From Eledone cirrhosa (lineage: Eukaryota), in the NCBI GenBank assembly GCA_964016885.1, contig CAXHJY010000894.1, forward strand, positions 1 through 64,000: a DNA stretch of 64,000 bases, written 5' to 3'. This document shows, one piece after another, positions 59,744 through 64,000 of the stretch (the stretch's first letter is position 1; every line of letters begins with the position of its first letter). A program made the translations under genes and the position numbers. Under the pieces are notes generated by a model. That model was not told the origin of the DNA. It made no database searches and was given only the letters and a program-made list of their open reading frames with translations.

Positions 59744-61589
59744 TATTAGAACTCCGAGGATAAATCTCAAGGATCACAAAAACAAATTTCGTACTGAACT
59801 ACCTGTTAGACTAATCGCCCTCTCTAAATCAGATCTGGGGGTTGTTAGCAAAGCCGTCTTGGATAGAATTATCCGACAGGTTCGTTCTAATTGCTCTTCT
59901 TTGAACTTAAATTTATGGTTTGGTACTTCTGAAGTGATTGGCTGGTTCAACAAATTGAATAAGAAAAACAAACAAAAATTTATTCAATTTGATAATGCCA
60001 GCTACTATTCTTCTATTTCGCCCTTACTTCTCAACAATGCTCTATCTTTTGCTTACAAATATTCAGACATCACCACAGATAAACTTCACATCATTCTCAC
60101 TGCACGTAAAACCATCCTAGAGTTCAACAATGAATATTGGACCAGAGCTGATACCTCTAACAACTTTGACATCACAATGGGAGCATCCGATTCATCCCAA
60201 TTGACAGATTTAATTGGTATCTTTATTTTGAACTCTTTGAATCTGAAAATTCCTCAACTTCGCGGTGGAATTTATCGTGACGATGGACTCTTTACTATCT
60301 TAAATTGCAACATAGTTAACCTTAATATTATTAAGAACAATATACGTAATCTCTTTAACCGACATAACTTAAAAATTGAATTTGATAACAGCATCAAACT
60401 AGCTAATTTCTTGGATGTATCTCTTAATCTTGACACTGGCCTATATTACCCTTACCATAAAAACAATGAGAACCTAAATTATGTTAATTTTAAATCTAAC
60501 CACCCCACTAATATTAAGAATGCTATAGTTAGTAATATTGGAAAAAGAATATCCAACCTATCTTCTAATAAAAACATCTTTGATGCTAATGCCAATTACT
60601 ATAATAACGCGCTTTCTAAAGCCGGTTATCCTGATAAAATCAAATATAGTAAAGAAACAAATTCTAGATCTTACAGTAGAATAATTAATCATGATCATTC
60701 CAATAACTTTAATAAAAGACCTAGATACAAAAACATAATCTTTCTCCATCTCTATTAATAATATTATTCCTAAATTATTCTTTAGTGCCTTAAATAAATG
60801 CTTCCCTCCCTCACATATCTATAGTAAAATATTTAACAAACACACTATAAAATTTTCCTATTCGACCTCCTCCAACATCTCCAACATTATCTCTAAACAC
60901 AACAATAAAATACTAAATCTCTTCCTTCCAACACTGAATATCATAATAATAGTAATAGTACTCCCGACGTCATTGTTAACTCTAGGTTAATTTCTGCAAA
61001 CCCAAATACAACGTCAAACGCAACTTTGTTAAATGTTCTTAATCCCATTCTAAATCAAGAAACTATTATTCCTATCGTAAATAACTTCTCCAATCCAATT
61101 CATTCTATAGATAACACTAGGTCACTTGTTAATAACTCTGTTAATTTCTCTAATCGCAATTGTAATTGCCCTGTTAAAAATAAATGTCCTCTCAACAACC
61201 ATTGTCTTGAAAAAAACTTAATCTACGAATGTAAAGTTATAACTGACACCAATTCCTTTACCTATTTTGGCTCCACTTCCACCTCCTTTAAAGCTCGTCT
61301 TTATAATCATCATTCGTCTTTTAAATACCAACTTAAAAGAACCAACACGGCACTCTCAGAACTCATATGGTCCTTGAAACACAAAAATATTAACTATAAC
61401 ATCTCTTGGAAGAAGGTTTGTTCTGCTTCTCCATACTTGAATGGTTCTCTATCCAAGACATGCAATCTCTGTTTATGTGAAAAATTTACCATTATATCTA
61501 ATTTAGATTCTATAATAAATAGATGCACTGACTTGTTTTCTCTCTGCTTGCATAAATTCCACAGAACATTCCATAAAGTATACAGCTAA
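59744..61589 (+). pseudogene. PLE-C RT plus GIY-YIG ORF, frameshifted
   Basis: LKDHK..F....PVRLI, FIQFDNASYYSSI, FDITMGASDSS, GIYRDDGL, NFLDVSLNL, YVNFKSNHP, CNC...CPLNNHCL, LIYECKV...YFGSTSTSFKARLYNH and CNLCLCEK. Confidence 0.88.
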
Positions 61590-62547
61590 TATCTAATACT
61601 TTACCAATTTAAAATCCTTTTCTCAAAGGCACACATATATATATATACATATATATTTCTTTAAAAATATACCCATCTTTCTACCTTATTTCAATGTTAT
61701 TTATTATACATTATATAATACTAGTTACTCATTCTATATCACTCCTATTTATCACTTCCCTTTCTTTCTTTTTTCCTTTTCTTTTTTTCTTTTTCTTTTA
61801 ATTTCTAACCTCTAATCTGTACCTTTTCTTCCTAGATACTTCTCAATTCTCATTATTACTCAGCACAATATATCCTTACTTTATGATATCACCTTGAAAA
61901 ATCCTTCGTAAACATAAACATTTTTTTGACGTTAGATTATTCATCCTCAATTCATTATTTTTCTCTCCCTTTCATGCTCATCTAACTTATACATAATACA
62001 CTTATTCATCCACTCTTCTACTTCTTTTCACAATATTACATTACTATTGTTATATTTTTATATTTTTTTAATAATACATATCAACAATTTCTTTCCATCG
62101 CACATATTATTAAACCCTTAAATATTATTCTTAATACATATTAACAATTTCTTTTCATCGCACATATTATTATACCCTTCAATATACAAATCTTAATTTA
62201 ACATTATTCTAAATTTTTCTCTTCGTTAATTTTCAAATTCTTTAATTTATATATTATCTTCCAACGGTTTTTTAACCTCTCTATGTAAAACAATATATTT
62301 TTCTCAGTTGTAAAAGCTATCTCTCTCTCTCTATCACCCATCTCTCCTCGAATCTCATCCTTCCTCATTATACTCCTCCCCCTCCACTTTTTACTCATCT
62401 CCCTCTTTTTCATCCTTTCCACCCCCTCAATTTTTATTTTTTTAATTTTTTCCCAATATCACACATTAATCTAAAACTACTTTTCATATGTTGATTTAAA
62501 ACTGCACTATTCACAAGTGGTTTTTAACCTTCATATCATGTCTCCCG

Positions 62548-62616
62548 ATTTTATCTGACGAAAACGCAAATGTTATCGCATGATGATATTTGTTTTTGAA
62601 ATGCGCATAATAAAAT
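62548..62616 (+). ncRNA. Hammerhead ribozyme in the PLE-C pLTR (mirror copy at 59661-59726 on -)
   Basis: ATTTTAT CTGACGA AAACGCAAATGTTATC gcat GATGATATTTGTTTTT GAAA TGCGCA TA ATAAAAT: 7-bp stem I, ~15-bp stem II, palindromic stem III ATGCGCAT. Confidence 0.85.
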
Positions 62617-62655
62617 ACATGGAACTCTTTTAACCATCTTTTGATCTTATATATT

Positions 62656-63041
62656 ATATATATATTATATATATATATTATATATTATATATATATATTA
62701 TATATATATTATATATATATATTATATATATATAATATATATATATATTATATATATATATATATTATAATATATATAGATATATATATATTATATATAT
62801 TATATATTATATATATATATTATATATATATATATATTATATATATATATATATATTATATATATATATTATATATATATATTATATATATACATATATA
62901 TATATTATATATATATATTATATTTATATATTATATTTATATATATATATTATATATATATATTATATATATATATATATATTATATATATATATTATAT
63001 ATATATATTATATATATATATTATATTTATATATACATATA
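62656..63041. repeat. (TA)n/(TAT) array
   Basis: Directly visible. Confidence 0.95.
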
Positions 63042-63250
63042 GGGAGCAGCAGCTGTTAGGGCAAGACGTGTTTTCTTGGGCTCTGCTAGAGTCAGCAGCA
63101 ACACACAACCACGTGTTGCTACACACACACAAGAGGAAAGAGAAAATTTAAAATTTATGAGACCAATAGAGATATGTATATTTATATCTAGATATTGCTA
63201 TCATCATTTACAGTCCCTCTGTGTTTAATGTATGTTCATTAGTATATGTG

Positions 63251-63557
63251 TTGTTATTTCTGCTTGCATTTTGCATATATACATATATATATCTATATAT
63301 ATGCTTGCGTGGACCCCTCTCAAAATTCGTTGGATTTTCTAATTGGATACCCCAACACTGGATACCAACACTGAATACACCTGAACTTCTACCAGGAAAT
63401 CTTTCGTTGTCATTTCTGCTTGCATTTTACATATATAGATATATATATCAATGGTTGCGTGGACCCCTCTTAAAGATTCGTTGGATTTTCTAATTGGATA
63501 CCCCGAAACTGGATACCAATCACTGAATACACCTGAACTTCTACCAGGAAATCTTTC
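63251..63557. repeat. Two tandem ~155-bp direct repeats
   Basis: 63251-63405 and 63407-63557 share TTTCTGCTTGCATTTT...GCGTGGACCCCTCT...GGATACC...ACCAGGAAATCTTTC. Confidence 0.85.
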
Positions 63558-64000
63558 ATATCAGTGAAAATTTTCTTTTCTTTGCTTCATATATATTATA
63601 TATACTTGGCCGCCATTGCAAAAGGCCATAAATTCAAAATTTTGAAGAGAGAGGAAAAGAGAGAAGTGATCTATGAACTTGTAACATCTCACTGACCCCC
63701 CCGTCACCACAATAACAATAACGCCTACACTCGCTCCCCACCATCACCACATTACTCTAAGGTCGCTGTCCTGTCCCCTGTTGACATACTGCTGACTATC
63801 TTTTGATGTATGTATGTGTATATACATATGTGTATGTGTGTGTATATGTGTATATCTCTGTGGATGCGACCAGATTTCAACACAGCAACAACTACAACAA
63901 CAACAGCAGCAACACCAACAACAACAACAACAGCAACAACACCATCGTCTGTGTTGAATGTGTGTGTATGTATTTGTATATATGCGACAGCAATAACAGC

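Larger units (their letters stand above)
59535..62655 (+). mobile_element. 5'-truncated Penelope-like element family C (possibly Hydra clade) with an inverted pseudo-LTR at its left end
   Basis: 59622-59743 is the reverse complement of 62531-62655. Coding region 59744-61589 has frameshifts near 60750-60950. TA arrays lie on both sides. Confidence 0.85.

Noticed and set aside
59744-61589. Selenocysteine or read-through coding in PLE ORFs
   Set aside because: The interruptions are frameshifts and TAA stops rather than in-frame TGA at Cys positions, and the endonuclease is C-terminal rather than Naiad-type.

Overview
Eukaryotic (animal) DNA that is almost entirely repeats. The very long (TA)n arrays, RTE and CR1 LINEs and tRNA-derived SINEs suggest a cephalopod or other mollusc (inference). 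Nearly all long ORFs in the supplied track (IY/YI/TH/ER runs) are microsatellite artefacts. The real coding sequence is retroelement-derived: one uninterrupted 992-aa RTE ORF (48590-51568), three distinct Penelope-like elements (PLEs; RT plus C-terminal GIY-YIG) and several decayed LINEs. There is one plausible host coding exon (24705-24922). The most striking hidden signal is a set of about 10 clear and about 5 degenerate minimal type-I hammerhead ribozymes (CUGAnGA...GAAA-palindrome-UH) on both strands. They lie in PLE pseudo-LTRs and in small non-coding inserts in TA tracts, and several families have their own self-complementary stem III. The best novelty candidate is a ~480-bp non-coding, almost fully base-paired, hammerhead-bearing element with 38-bp inverted ends (14038-14524), resembling a PLE-dependent retrozyme or viroid-like RNA. 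Several inserts share a palindrome-plus-fixed-tail architecture that hints at the integration mechanism. A 17-copy tandem array of a SINE central domain is also present. All structures were read by eye; no folding or database search was run.
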